Below, in pieces: positions 48,793 to 57,650 of a stretch of 64,000 nucleotides of DNA. The notes beneath the pieces are model-generated. The model was not told where the DNA came from. It did not search any database and saw only the letters and a program-made list of their open reading frames with translations. Origin of the DNA: Candidatus Latescibacterota bacterium (GTDB lineage: Bacteria; Latescibacterota; UBA2968); assembly GCA_965208125.1 (NCBI GenBank), contig OZ242320.1, positions 2,560,001 to 2,624,000 of the forward strand, in the 5' to 3' direction. How positions within the stretch are numbered: the stretch's first letter is position 1; every line of letters begins with the position of its first letter. The position numbers and the translations under genes are program-made.

Positions 48793-49938
48793 CTATACGC
48801 CCCTCAGAGCCTGCTCAAAGTCCGCGCATAAGTCCTCTGCGGCTTCGATGCCGACTGCTACTCGGATCAGTCGCTCGGAGATTCCCGCGTCGCGGCGTTC
48901 TTCTTCGGTGAGTCCGGAGTGCGATGTTTGTACGGGGCGGGTGATGAGTGTTTCGATACCGCCCAGGCTGGGTGCGGAGATTGGCAATTGTAGTTTCGAT
49001 ATTACCTCATCAGCTACGCGGCTGTCGCCAGCTATTTCAAAGCTCAATACGCCGCCACATCCGTTAAATAGTGTTTTTGCACAGTTGTGTTGCGGATGGC
49101 TGGGTGAGCCAGGATAATTTACGCGTTCTACGGCGGGGTGGTTTTCCAGAAAAGAAGATAGTGCGTGTGCGTTTTCGTTTTGTTTTTCCACGCGCAGGAC
49201 GAGTGTTTTCATGCCGCGTAATAAGAGAGAGCAGGCGTGTGGGTCCAGGCAGCCGCCCATGATGTTCAGACGATGCACAATGCGGGTGATCAGGTCATGT
49301 GATCCAATTGCACAGCCAGCGACGATATCCGAATGTCCGTTCAGGTATTTTGTGCAACTGTGCAAGGAGAGGTCAAAGCCCATTTGTAGAGGGCGGAAGT
49401 TTACTGGCGAGGCAAAGGTGTTGTCGATCATGGAGATGAGGTTGTGGGATCGGGCAAAGGCGACGACGGATGGGAGGTCGGCGACTTCGAGAAGGGGATT
49501 GCTCATGGTTTCGACATAGATGGCGCGGGTTTCAGGGCGTATCAGTTTTTCCCATTCATGTGGCGCGTTTCCGGATACGAAATCCACGTCGATTCCAAAG
49601 TCGGCGATGTCGCGTGCCAAAAAAACGCGCGTTCCGCCGTAGAGACAATTTTGTGCGAGGAGGTGGTCGCCTTTTTTTAGTACGGTCAATAGGGCGGTGG
49701 TTATGGCTGCCATGCCCGATGCGGTGACTACGGCGGCTTCTCCGTCCGCGATTTGTGCCAGTTTTTCATGGACCACGGTGTGATTGGGGGTGTTGTTCAG
49801 GCGCAGATATTTTATGTCGTGATAACTGTCTTCACTGCTGTATGAAAATGTGGCACTCTGAAATACGGGTAGCGCGACCGCGCCTTCGTATTTTTTTTCT
49901 TCTTCACCTGCGTGGATTAATTGCGTTTCAAGGTTCAT
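48793..49938 (-). CDS. Cys/Met metabolism PLP enzyme (cystathionine gamma-synthase / methionine gamma-lyase family)
   Basis: SGMAAI, YGGT, DNTFASP, SCTKYLNGHSD, SLGG, RVAVGIE; start MNLET at 49938. Confidence 0.92.
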   Translation of the reverse strand: MNLETQLIHAGEEEKKYEGAVALPVFQSATFSYSSEDSYHDIKYLRLNNTPNHTVVHEKLAQIADGEAAVVTASGMAAITTALLTVLKKGDHLLAQNCLYGGTRVFLARDIADFGIDVDFVSGNAPHEWEKLIRPETRAIYVETMSNPLLEVADLPSVVAFARSHNLISMIDNTFASPVNFRPLQMGFDLSLHSCTKYLNGHSDIVAGCAIGSHDLITRIVHRLNIMGGCLDPHACSLLLRGMKTLVLRVEKQNENAHALSSFLENHPAVERVNYPGSPSHPQHNCAKTLFNGCGGVLSFEIAGDSRVADEVISKLQLPISAPSLGGIETLITRPVQTSHSGLTEEERRDAGISERLIRVAVGIEAAEDLCADFEQALRGV

Positions 49939-49956
49939 GAGAGGTTCCTCGGTTAT

Positions 49957-49983
49957 GTAGGGGCGGTGCCCCTGTGCCCGCCC
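49957..49983 (+). repeat. GTAG-type REP
   Basis: GTAGGGGCGGTGCCCCTGTGCCCGCCC, related to 26286. Confidence 0.7.
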
Positions 49984-50105
49984 CGCTAAGATAGGCGTCA
50001 TTAAGTTATTGTCCTCATCCTTGCTCTATGATTATACATTTCGGTGTTGGGAGCAACCCAAAACACCATTGCCTTATGCTATCCGGGATAATTGCCTGTT
50101 TCCAC

Positions 50106-50134
50106 TTGACAGTATATGGCAGTTTTGATACTTT
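50106..50134 (+). promoter_or_regulatory. Sigma-70 promoter for tRNA-Arg
   Basis: TTGACA-N17-TACTTT with extended -10 TG. Confidence 0.55.
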
Positions 50135-50187
50135 TATTCGTCTTACGACATTGTGTTGTCTCAAATATACTTAAGTTCTTGATTTTA

Positions 50188-50264
50188 GCGGATGTAGCTC
50201 AACTGGATAGAGCACCTGACTACGGATCAGACGGTTCCGGGTTCGAATCCTGGCATCCGCACCA
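50188..50264 (+). tRNA. tRNA-Arg (anticodon ACG)
   Basis: Acceptor GCGGATG/CATCCGC, D-arm AGCTCAACTGGATAGAGC, loop CT-ACG-GA, GGTTCGAATCC, encoded CCA. Confidence 0.96.
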
Positions 50265-50270
50265 GATAAG

Positions 50271-50311
50271 AAAAAGGGGTTACATCGCAATGGTGTAACC
50301 CCTTTTTTTTT
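50271..50311 (+). terminator. Intrinsic terminator
   Basis: AAAAAGGGGTTACA...TGTAACCCC followed by a T run. Confidence 0.85.
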
Positions 50312-50333
50312 CAAAGTAAAGGCGGGGAGTTAT

Positions 50334-51584
50334 ATGACGCGCTTTCTAAAACGTAGCCTGTTTGCTCTGTTGGCTGCTTTTCTGGCCTTGCACCCAATTT
50401 TCGCGGCTGAAATTCCCCAGGGAGATCCCGCAGAGTTGGGGTTTTCTGCAGAGCGTCTTGCGAAGATCCAACCGGCAATGCAAGCGCTCGTGGATTCTGG
50501 GAAGTTTGCTGGTGTTTTGACGTTGATCGCCCGAAAGGGCAAGATTGTGCATTTTGAGACTGCAGGTTTGCGCGATAGGGAATCGAATAAGCCGATGACA
50601 GAGGATACGCTTTTTCGCATTTATTCTATGACCAAACCGGTTACCAGTGTTGCGATTATGATGCTTTACGAAGCGGGCAAGCTGAAGCTGGACGATCCGG
50701 TGTCTAAGTTTATTCCCGAATTTGCCGATACAAAGGTCTATACGGGTGGCGGGACCGAGAATCCTGTACTGGTGCCGCTCAAGCGCGAGATAACGATTGC
50801 GGATTTGCTGTCGCATACGTCTGGTTTGACGTATGGTATTTTTGGGCGGACATCCGTGGATACGCTTTATCGGATTGCGAATCTGTATTCGTTCAATTCA
50901 AATGCCAAATATGCACAAAAGGTGGCTCAGCTTCCTCTGCGTTTTCAGCCCGGCACCCGATGGCTCTATAGCGTGGCGACCGATATCCTCGGCAGCGTGG
51001 TTGAGGTCGCTTCAGGTATGTCTTTAGGCGAGTTTTTCTCGCAGCGCATTTTTGTACCTTTAGAGATGGTCGATACGAGTTTTTACGTGCCGGAGGAAAA
51101 GCGTGACCGCCTGGCTACGCTGTATGGAAAGGACGATGAGGGCAATTTGGAGGCGCGTAGCCTTCGGAGCAATACGCGGCGCAATGCACGGGAGTCCGGC
51201 GGTGGCGGGTTGGTGAGTACGGCTCGGGATTATCTCCGTTTTTCCCAGATGTTGCTCAATGGGGGCGAGTTGTACGGTACGCGTATTTTGAAGCCGGAGA
51301 CGGTCCAGCTTATGGCGAGCAATCATTTGCCTGAGACTGCGCGTTATCGACATCGCCAGCGCAAGAGCGATGGTTTTGGGTATGGTTTTTCTGTGATTGT
51401 AGATGAGACGGAGACGACGTGGGAGGATAGAAATGGGACGTATTATTGGTCGGGTATTGCCAAGACGCATTTCTGGATTGATCCGCAAAATGAGATGATT
51501 TCTATGGTGTGGACCCAGTTGCGCGGATCGGGCAATATTACGCGGCCTTTCCAGCCTCTGGTTTACAAGGCGCTTGTGGAGTAG
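50334..51584 (+). CDS. Secreted serine hydrolase (class C beta-lactamase / esterase family VIII)
   Basis: Signal peptide, FRIYSMTK (SxxK), LLSHTSG, PGTRWLYS, WSG. Confidence 0.9.
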   Translation: MTRFLKRSLFALLAAFLALHPIFAAEIPQGDPAELGFSAERLAKIQPAMQALVDSGKFAGVLTLIARKGKIVHFETAGLRDRESNKPMTEDTLFRIYSMTKPVTSVAIMMLYEAGKLKLDDPVSKFIPEFADTKVYTGGGTENPVLVPLKREITIADLLSHTSGLTYGIFGRTSVDTLYRIANLYSFNSNAKYAQKVAQLPLRFQPGTRWLYSVATDILGSVVEVASGMSLGEFFSQRIFVPLEMVDTSFYVPEEKRDRLATLYGKDDEGNLEARSLRSNTRRNARESGGGGLVSTARDYLRFSQMLLNGGELYGTRILKPETVQLMASNHLPETARYRHRQRKSDGFGYGFSVIVDETETTWEDRNGTYYWSGIAKTHFWIDPQNEMISMVWTQLRGSGNITRPFQPLVYKALVE

Positions 51585-51590
51585 GGAGGC

Positions 51591-51619
51591 TTGACAAAAG
51601 TATCGAACTTTATTAGGTT
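51591..51619 (+). promoter_or_regulatory. Sigma-70 promoter for tRNA-Glu
   Basis: TTGACA-N17-TAGGTT. Confidence 0.55.
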
Positions 51620-51639
51620 GTCGCCATCATGTTGTGAGT

Positions 51640-51715
51640 GACCCCGTCGTTCAGTGGCCTAGGACACCAGACTCTCACTCTGGAGACGGGGGTTCGACTC
51701 CCCTCGGGGTCACCA
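51640..51715 (+). tRNA. tRNA-Glu (anticodon CTC)
   Basis: Acceptor GACCCCG/CGGGGTC, anticodon arm CCAGA-CTCTCAC-TCTGG, GGTTCGACTCC, CCA. Confidence 0.96.
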
Positions 51716-51741
51716 GAAAATAATAGTGTTTTTTTTATCTG

Positions 51742-51784
51742 AAAAAGGTCGTGGGGAATAAACCCTCACGACCTTTTGTTTTTT
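51742..51784. terminator. Bidirectional terminator between tRNA-Glu and the island operon
   Basis: AAAAGGTCGTG(G)GG...CC(T)CACGACCTTTT. Confidence 0.8.
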
Positions 51785-51803
51785 GTCTTTGCCCAAAGTT
51801 TAG

Positions 51804-52322
51804 TCAAATAAGATCCTGGAAAGATGCAAATTGCATGACAAATCGATTCTGCGCCAGAGAGCATTTGATTGCGTCTGCTTGTGATACAGTGAGTATGCTT
51901 TCGTGTATGGCTTTGAGCAAAATACCTGGTGTATTCAACAAATAGCCCTTTCCCAATTCATACTGAATTTCTCTGGAAATTAATTTATTTTTTTCCTCAT
52001 CACAGGCCATTATCCATCGCCGACAAGTCGCAATGGCCAAACACGCAGCCTCCCCATCTCCCATTTGCTGTCTGTATCGCGTATAAGAAAGCAATTCGTT
52101 TTGATCCGCTATCTCAGTCTTTCTAAGCCATCCTTCCCCCAATGCTTGATCCAAAACGAGCCGCTGTGCTGGATATGTAATTTCCGCATAAACTTCTTCG
52201 GGAATATAAAAAGCGTATATTTGCAGTTTTTGGAGAATGTCCAAGCGATCAATTTTGATAAAGTTGATCAGAATATTTGCATCTGTAATCACACATGATT
52301 GACCATCTGTTCTCTTCTGCAC
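51804..52322 (-). CDS. PIN-domain protein (DUF3368/DUF4411-like)
   Basis: ITDANILINF, EVYAEI, GDGEAACLAIA, ACDE; probable GTG start just after the upstream stop. Confidence 0.82.
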   Translation of the reverse strand: MQKRTDGQSCVITDANILINFIKIDRLDILQKLQIYAFYIPEEVYAEITYPAQRLVLDQALGEGWLRKTEIADQNELLSYTRYRQQMGDGEAACLAIATCRRWIMACDEEKNKLISREIQYELGKGYLLNTPGILLKAIHESILTVSQADAIKCSLAQNRFVMQFASFQDLI

Positions 52323-52326
52323 GAGA

Positions 52327-53643
52327 TCACTCCGGGAGATAGACCCCATGTTCAATATCGTCTTCAAATCCCATGCAGGATAGTATCTCGTCTATGACAT
52401 CATCAAATCCCACTTGTTTTGCGAGATTGACCAATTTTCTGTACGTGATTACGTGACGGCGATAGGCTTCGATGGCTAGACCCACGAAATTGAGATCAAA
52501 ATTGCTGACAGAGTGTTCTCGTCCTTTTTTTTCTTTTGGTTCTTCTCGCCCTTCTTCAATTTTTAGGTATTGTGCAACCTGTTTTGCTTCTTCTTTTTGC
52601 TCAAAGAGTTTATGAAATGCGTCTTCGGAAAGAACCTTGGTGTTTCTCAATCTGTACAAGGCGGCTTCAAAGCTGGTTCCAAAGTACGTATAGAGTTTGA
52701 CCACATCGTAAAGCGTGATGATTTGTGAGGATGCCAGGCGGCGGTGATGCCCCACAATAGGATCAGGGCCAGGTTGCTCGGTATAGGCCAACAGCCTTTC
52801 TCTGCTGGACGCACCTTTGCCGATATTTTTTAGAAATTGACTCACGCCTTCTTCTGGCATGAGAAACGCCGCTGCAAAAGCATTCGCACGCACTTCGAAT
52901 AAATCGCGGTCGTTTGAGATTTTGCTGATAGTAATGCCTTTATCCCGGTCAAGCAATATGTGACTGTATTCATGGGCGATGGTAAATGCGACTCGAGCTT
53001 TCGCCCTATCAAACTGTGCTTCGTTGATGACAATACACAACTGCGTCTCTGCATTAGCTATAAAAATACCGGAGATATGATCCTCCAAATTTTTCTTTAT
53101 AACTGGTATGCCTTGAGATTCCACCAACTCTTCCATGTCGCGGATAGGATCAATCCCCAACTCAAGACGACTGCGTTCCGCCTCTGCTGCATGTTCGCCC
53201 ATTTGAATGGCTTCCCAAACATTTTTGGGTTCACCATAAGCATATACAGGCGGTAGGTTCCGTTCCTGATCCAGATCCAAAAGTTTTTTTAAATTTCCAT
53301 ATTCTCTAAGGAGTTCGATCGCGTCCCTCAAAGAATTATAGGAGATGTGATTTTGCACGAGGTCTGGATGAGCGCGAAATAGAACGGCCAGTGCGTCTTT
53401 CTCGACAGCCCTTTCTTCTAAGAAACTGGCCATATCTCTCCCATAAAGACGCGATAGATGCATGAGTTCAATTGAACTGACCGTCCGTTGACCAGACTCG
53501 ATCTGAGAAATTGCAACACGGGTAAGCGCAACGTGACTTGCCTGAGCGTTGTGTGCAAGCAAGTCGGCAACCTGCTGTTGGGTCAATCCGATTGCTTCAC
53601 GCGCACTTTTTAATCGTTGTCCCAATTCTCTTTGCGTCAGCAT
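52327..53643 (-). CDS. XRE HTH plus ImmA/IrrE (M78) metallopeptidase
   Basis: LGQRLKSARE..LTQQQVA..ISQIESGQR; FTIAHEYSH (HExxH); EVRANAFAAAFLMP. Confidence 0.92.
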   Translation of the reverse strand: MLTQRELGQRLKSAREAIGLTQQQVADLLAHNAQASHVALTRVAISQIESGQRTVSSIELMHLSRLYGRDMASFLEERAVEKDALAVLFRAHPDLVQNHISYNSLRDAIELLREYGNLKKLLDLDQERNLPPVYAYGEPKNVWEAIQMGEHAAEAERSRLELGIDPIRDMEELVESQGIPVIKKNLEDHISGIFIANAETQLCIVINEAQFDRAKARVAFTIAHEYSHILLDRDKGITISKISNDRDLFEVRANAFAAAFLMPEEGVSQFLKNIGKGASSRERLLAYTEQPGPDPIVGHHRRLASSQIITLYDVVKLYTYFGTSFEAALYRLRNTKVLSEDAFHKLFEQKEEAKQVAQYLKIEEGREEPKEKKGREHSVSNFDLNFVGLAIEAYRRHVITYRKLVNLAKQVGFDDVIDEILSCMGFEDDIEHGVYLPE

Positions 53644-53705
53644 TGCATTATCTCCTGCATATAAGTTTGAAAATAAGCCTCATCAATTTATTACTCATCA
53701 GTGAT

Positions 53706-55208
53706 TTACATATAAAATTTATATTTTGGCTGCACGATGCCCCCGTCCGGAATATGTTTCATGATATCCCCGATCTTTGATGAGAAAGAGCGCGTGATGG
53801 GCATTCCATCAGCAAACGAACAGTTGTTTACATTCATCTTCGTAAGCACCAGGATTTCCCGGAGAAGGTCCTTTGGGGCACTCCCTCCGTGATGCTCAAC
53901 GATTTGCCAAGGTTCAGGCACATAGGAGCTTGGATAAGTCTCCAAATAGGGAATAAAACCCATAGTAAATAAAAAATGCTGATCTTCCTCAATAGAGAAA
54001 TAAGTGCCACGGAGAGGAGGATATTTGCCTTCCCTGAACAGACGCACGCCTGTCTGCCTCAAGGCTACAAAATCGCTTTCGCATCCGCGGAATACTTCAT
54101 CAATGCCTTCATAGAACCCGTCAAGTTCGTTGTATTCTCTGTGTTCTGGACCCCAAAACTCGGATGATTTGTGAATCACGACGCGACGAGGTGGGATGCC
54201 AGTCACTTTTACGTATTCGTTCAGCGTATTCCGGATGAGTTTACGAGCAGCATCTTTTGTAAGATGTGGTGCGCGTCCGCGTTTTTCTGAATCCCATTCA
54301 AAAGGGTCGCCTCTCAGTACTAGGCCTTGACCCAAATGGTCGAAGGCTTGAGAGACACTTGATCGGATGGTCAACTTGTCGCTTAGATCCTGTGCAATAT
54401 AGAAGTTGACGCCCACAAAACATACGTCTTTTTCCAGTGCTGTCGGCCGCCAGGGTATTCCGTCAGCCTTGTAATATTGCGCTGTACAGAAATTCCACGC
54501 GCGGGTTGCCCTTTCTTGGAGAGCACCTTTTCCAACTACGGTTCGGCGCTGCAGAAGTTGAATAGGGATACCCCACCTCATTGTTCGCGCCTTGATTGCA
54601 CGGCGAAAATTGAGATGAAAGTTGCCAGAAACCCTTATGCTATGAGCCTCTTCCACAATTTCCGAAGTAAGTGCGAGGACAATGATGTCTGGAGAAGGAG
54701 AGGTGGTGGCCAGACTCTCAACTTGACTGTCGAAAAATTCGACCAATTTCCAGATACGCTCTTGCTTGTCTTCTATGGACAGAACAGCGGCAAGTTCTCT
54801 AGGTTGGACAATCCTTTCCCAGCGTTCGTTCATTTGGAAGCAGGATTGGAATGTAGAGTTCCTATTAAATCCCACAAAATCCCTATTTAAAATTTTCTCC
54901 AGTCTGGTCCGTTGTTCGTCTTGGAATACATCCTCACCAAACAATTCTCCTGGAACTGTCTCGAGTTGGTGGGTTTTTTTGACGTTTTCGCTTTCGATGG
55001 TTGAACCACATTCCTCAATCCATTCCTTTGCGCCAGAAATAGTTTCTCGCGTACCTACAAATCCGAGCTTGATCTCGGAACAATGAAGGCCAGATACGTT
55101 GATACCAAACGGCCCGAATTCTGCCAACCCTGTCTTGGCATCTTCATATTCGAAATATTTGTTGAACTGAAGCTTAGGTTCTTCCAGATATTCAATATTA
55201 ATATTCAT
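53706..55208 (-). CDS. Short prokaryotic Argonaute (MID-PIWI, catalytically inactive)
   Basis: 500 aa from ATG 55208; LEEPKLQF..GL..FGP, FRRAIKA, QERATRAWNF..YYKA.GIPW, CFVGVNFY, VVIHKSS, YPPLRGT, PSSYVPEP, LTKMNVN, MPIT. Confidence 0.92.
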   Translation of the reverse strand: MNINIEYLEEPKLQFNKYFEYEDAKTGLAEFGPFGINVSGLHCSEIKLGFVGTRETISGAKEWIEECGSTIESENVKKTHQLETVPGELFGEDVFQDEQRTRLEKILNRDFVGFNRNSTFQSCFQMNERWERIVQPRELAAVLSIEDKQERIWKLVEFFDSQVESLATTSPSPDIIVLALTSEIVEEAHSIRVSGNFHLNFRRAIKARTMRWGIPIQLLQRRTVVGKGALQERATRAWNFCTAQYYKADGIPWRPTALEKDVCFVGVNFYIAQDLSDKLTIRSSVSQAFDHLGQGLVLRGDPFEWDSEKRGRAPHLTKDAARKLIRNTLNEYVKVTGIPPRRVVIHKSSEFWGPEHREYNELDGFYEGIDEVFRGCESDFVALRQTGVRLFREGKYPPLRGTYFSIEEDQHFLFTMGFIPYLETYPSSYVPEPWQIVEHHGGSAPKDLLREILVLTKMNVNNCSFADGMPITRSFSSKIGDIMKHIPDGGIVQPKYKFYM

Positions 55209-56562
55209 CGTTTTCCTCGGGAGTTCTAAATAAGTCATCCAAGAGATGCATCTGTCCAGTATCCTCAGTCTCCTCGTAGATGGCAAGGTCGTGGGAGATG
55301 GCGAAGTTGGCAATGAATGACAATGGTTCTTTTTCAATGGTCATTGCGGTTTTGAAGTCCAGCTTTATGTCAATAGCCGGCTTGCTTTCTGATAAAATAT
55401 CCGCCCAAAATAAGACGTGATTCAACACTTGGAGATTTCTTTCTCTTGCTTTTATTCTTGTTGTATAGGGGCCGACCTTTTCGTTGTCATATGGTACTTT
55501 ACCGTCTTCAGTGAAGAAATACTTCGGAATAATTTGAAGGTACCACGATTGGCTGATGTACTTGAAGGACAGATTGACGGCAAGATGTCTCCAGAAACTG
55601 TCCGAGCCGTATTTGAAAAATTTCGCAACGGTTCGCGCTGGAGCCGCTCTACCGGTCCTCACATTAAGCCAGTCTTGCTTGAATTCCAAACCTGTTTCAT
55701 CCTGCCGGGGAAAATAGTTGCGCCTGAAATTCGAGTTGTATCTGAGGCCGCATCTTCTTAAATGGATGCCCAGAAGTTGATTTAAAAGAAAAACATAATC
55801 TTTGCGGCGCAGATCATCAGTAGTCCAATGCTCGGCAGGCATATTAGCAATATCACTTATGTTGCAGAAATTCCGCAAGGTGCATCGGTGGTTGTGCAGG
55901 TCGGAGAAAGTATATAACCGGTCTTCAAAGATACAAAATGGAGGTCTAAAACCTTCGATTTCGTTTCTCAGGTCTTTATAATTCTTATAATCCGTGGGCG
56001 CATGGGTGATAATTTTGGGCGTGCGTTTGACTAGTAGGAGGTTGGAAAATAGCCTTTCTTTTTGTTCCATTGATATGCGAGGAGGACTTACCCCGGCAAT
56101 CCCGCATATCTGCTTATAGCAATTGGGAGTAAAGATATCAGACGCTTTGTCAAAGGTGATGTGGAAGGGGGCTTGGAAGCTTGATGGAGTGCTCTGAAGG
56201 TAAGACTTTATGTCTTTCCAATACAGTCTGTCATCTTGGGGATTATAGACAATGAACAGCACTGGAAACGTGGCATTATACCAATATTCAAGATCCTTTT
56301 TTTTAACAGGCGTAACGAAGTTGGTCTCGGAAGATTGCTGAACGTAGCTCTCACCCGACTTGGCTTGTACCTTGATTATCCCTCCATTAGTCTCAAAGCC
56401 TTTACCATCGGATTTGGGAAGGACAACTTCTATTTCACCGTCAATGCCGAAGTCGTCCTTTGAGATTTCCCGAAATATGCATTTCATTTCGTTGACAACT
56501 TCACTGATACGGTTAAGCCCCTTCCACTCCTGAAATTTTGATGGCAGAACAGTTTTGGACAT
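55198..56562 (-). CDS. DUF4365 (PD-(D/E)XK, DREN-like) nuclease fused to APAZ
   Basis: FREISKDDFGIDGEIE..KVQAKSG.SY, YW; C-terminal APAZ-like ERLFSNLL, RNYF, FWRHLA, WYLQIIPKYFFT.DG, ERN..VL....FW; overlaps the pAgo start. Confidence 0.85.
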   Translation of the reverse strand: MSKTVLPSKFQEWKGLNRISEVVNEMKCIFREISKDDFGIDGEIEVVLPKSDGKGFETNGGIIKVQAKSGESYVQQSSETNFVTPVKKKDLEYWYNATFPVLFIVYNPQDDRLYWKDIKSYLQSTPSSFQAPFHITFDKASDIFTPNCYKQICGIAGVSPPRISMEQKERLFSNLLLVKRTPKIITHAPTDYKNYKDLRNEIEGFRPPFCIFEDRLYTFSDLHNHRCTLRNFCNISDIANMPAEHWTTDDLRRKDYVFLLNQLLGIHLRRCGLRYNSNFRRNYFPRQDETGLEFKQDWLNVRTGRAAPARTVAKFFKYGSDSFWRHLAVNLSFKYISQSWYLQIIPKYFFTEDGKVPYDNEKVGPYTTRIKARERNLQVLNHVLFWADILSESKPAIDIKLDFKTAMTIEKEPLSFIANFAISHDLAIYEETEDTGQMHLLDDLFRTPEENDEY

Positions 56563-56641
56563 GCTGAATTTCCTCTTAAGATATAAACCTGTCAATCATT
56601 TCTGATAAACAGCAATATTTTGACTAAATTGAGGCTTTAAT

Positions 56642-56670
56642 AATGTATCTGATCCTTTCATATATGTCAA
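56642..56670 (-). promoter_or_regulatory. Sigma-70 promoter of the nuclease-APAZ/pAgo operon
   Basis: Minus strand TTGACA-N17-TACATT. Confidence 0.65.
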
Positions 56671-56736
56671 TATTAAATTTGTATTTTAATTTTAAATACA
56701 AAAAAATAAAACAATATCTAAAGAGTTTACAATAGA

Positions 56737-56768
56737 ATAGGGAAGTTAAGTTTATTTAACTTCCCTAT
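56737..56768. repeat. Perfect 13-bp inverted repeat (operator or terminator)
   Basis: ATAGGGAAGTTAA-GTTTAT-TTAACTTCCCTAT. Confidence 0.7.
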
Positions 56769-56870
56769 CAAATTCAGGCAAATTTTGACATGCTTGTCAC
56801 TCATCACGTCATCTAAACCCTATCTTTTTTTCTTGTAGCCTTCCAATATTCAGCCGGTGTGTAATATCAG

Positions 56871-57056
56871 TTACTCAGTCTCATCAGCATCAATAAGTAT
56901 CTGTTCATACAAATCAGCAGAGACGCGAAAGTCGCAGGCCAATAATCCATCTATCAACGGCCTAATGGTTGGCAATAGACCTTTGCGCTTCGCCGATAAC
57001 AGAACCCCTAATGTGCCAATGACAGGCAACCTCAACCAGTGAGCCAATCTACGTCC
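56871..57056 (-). pseudogene. C-terminal remnant of a DUF3368 PIN toxin
   Basis: GRRLAHWLRLPVIGTLGVLLSAKRKGLL..FRVS..LYEQIL; the N-terminal PIN core is absent. Confidence 0.75.
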
Positions 57057-57315
57057 ATAGCTCATCAGCCTGAAGTCGTTCGCGTTTCCATTCCTCCGCA
57101 TTGAGATCAAAGAAAGCAATGCCCAATTGAGATGCATGCTGAATAAATTCCCAGCGTGACATGTCCAATAATTGAGCCGCTTTGCCACTGGATATGCTGC
57201 CTCGGCGATATAGCTCCAGAACAATCATTTCACGAGCCGTTTCTTGAATAGGCTGATTAAGTTCCTGTAATAGAACTGCCAGATCAGCATCAAGAGTTAC
57301 TGTGACGAGTGACAC
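57049..57315 (-). CDS. UPF0175 family antitoxin
   Basis: LELYRRGSISSGKAAQLLDMSRWEFI. Confidence 0.88.
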   Translation of the reverse strand: MSLVTVTLDADLAVLLQELNQPIQETAREMIVLELYRRGSISSGKAAQLLDMSRWEFIQHASQLGIAFFDLNAEEWKRERLQADELWT

Positions 57316-57394
57316 AACAATCTCCTATTTGATGTTTTTTTACTTCTTCTAACAAGAAAATGTAAAAGACTCACCACAGAAAGTCAATCAACGA

Positions 57395-57421
57395 TCATCT
57401 GCATTTATCTGCGTTCATCTG
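57395..57421. repeat. Short 10-bp-period repeat
   Basis: TCATCTGCAT-TTATCTGCGT-TCATCTG; a related AACGCAGATGAA is at ~10930. Confidence 0.5.
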
Positions 57422-57500
57422 GGTTCAGGCTCGAAGCGATGTACAACTGCGCCAGCAGTTCATTACTCGCCTTCATTCTGCGGATAAACATGATTTCAGC

Positions 57501-57612
57501 CTACAGCCCCCGCAGAGCCGATAGTGCTTCGGCGACTTCTTTTCCTTTTTGTTCGATGATGTTGAGCAGGTCTTCGGAGCGACTCTCCTCGATATTGTTT
57601 TTTGGGATGGAC
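57501..57612 (-). pseudogene. Probable C-terminal remnant of a type I R-M methyltransferase (HsdM)
   Basis: Minus frame reads ..RSEDLLNIIEQKGKEVAEALSALRGL*, resembling HsdM C-terminal helices as I recall them; no start. Confidence 0.45.
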
Positions 57613-57650
57613 TTACAGGATAAGTTTGGAGCAAACGCGTTTGACGTGCT

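Noticed and set aside
50334-51584. Antibiotic-resistance beta-lactamase
   Set aside because: YS and WSG motifs fit esterase-like serine hydrolases rather than AmpC (YxN, KTG)
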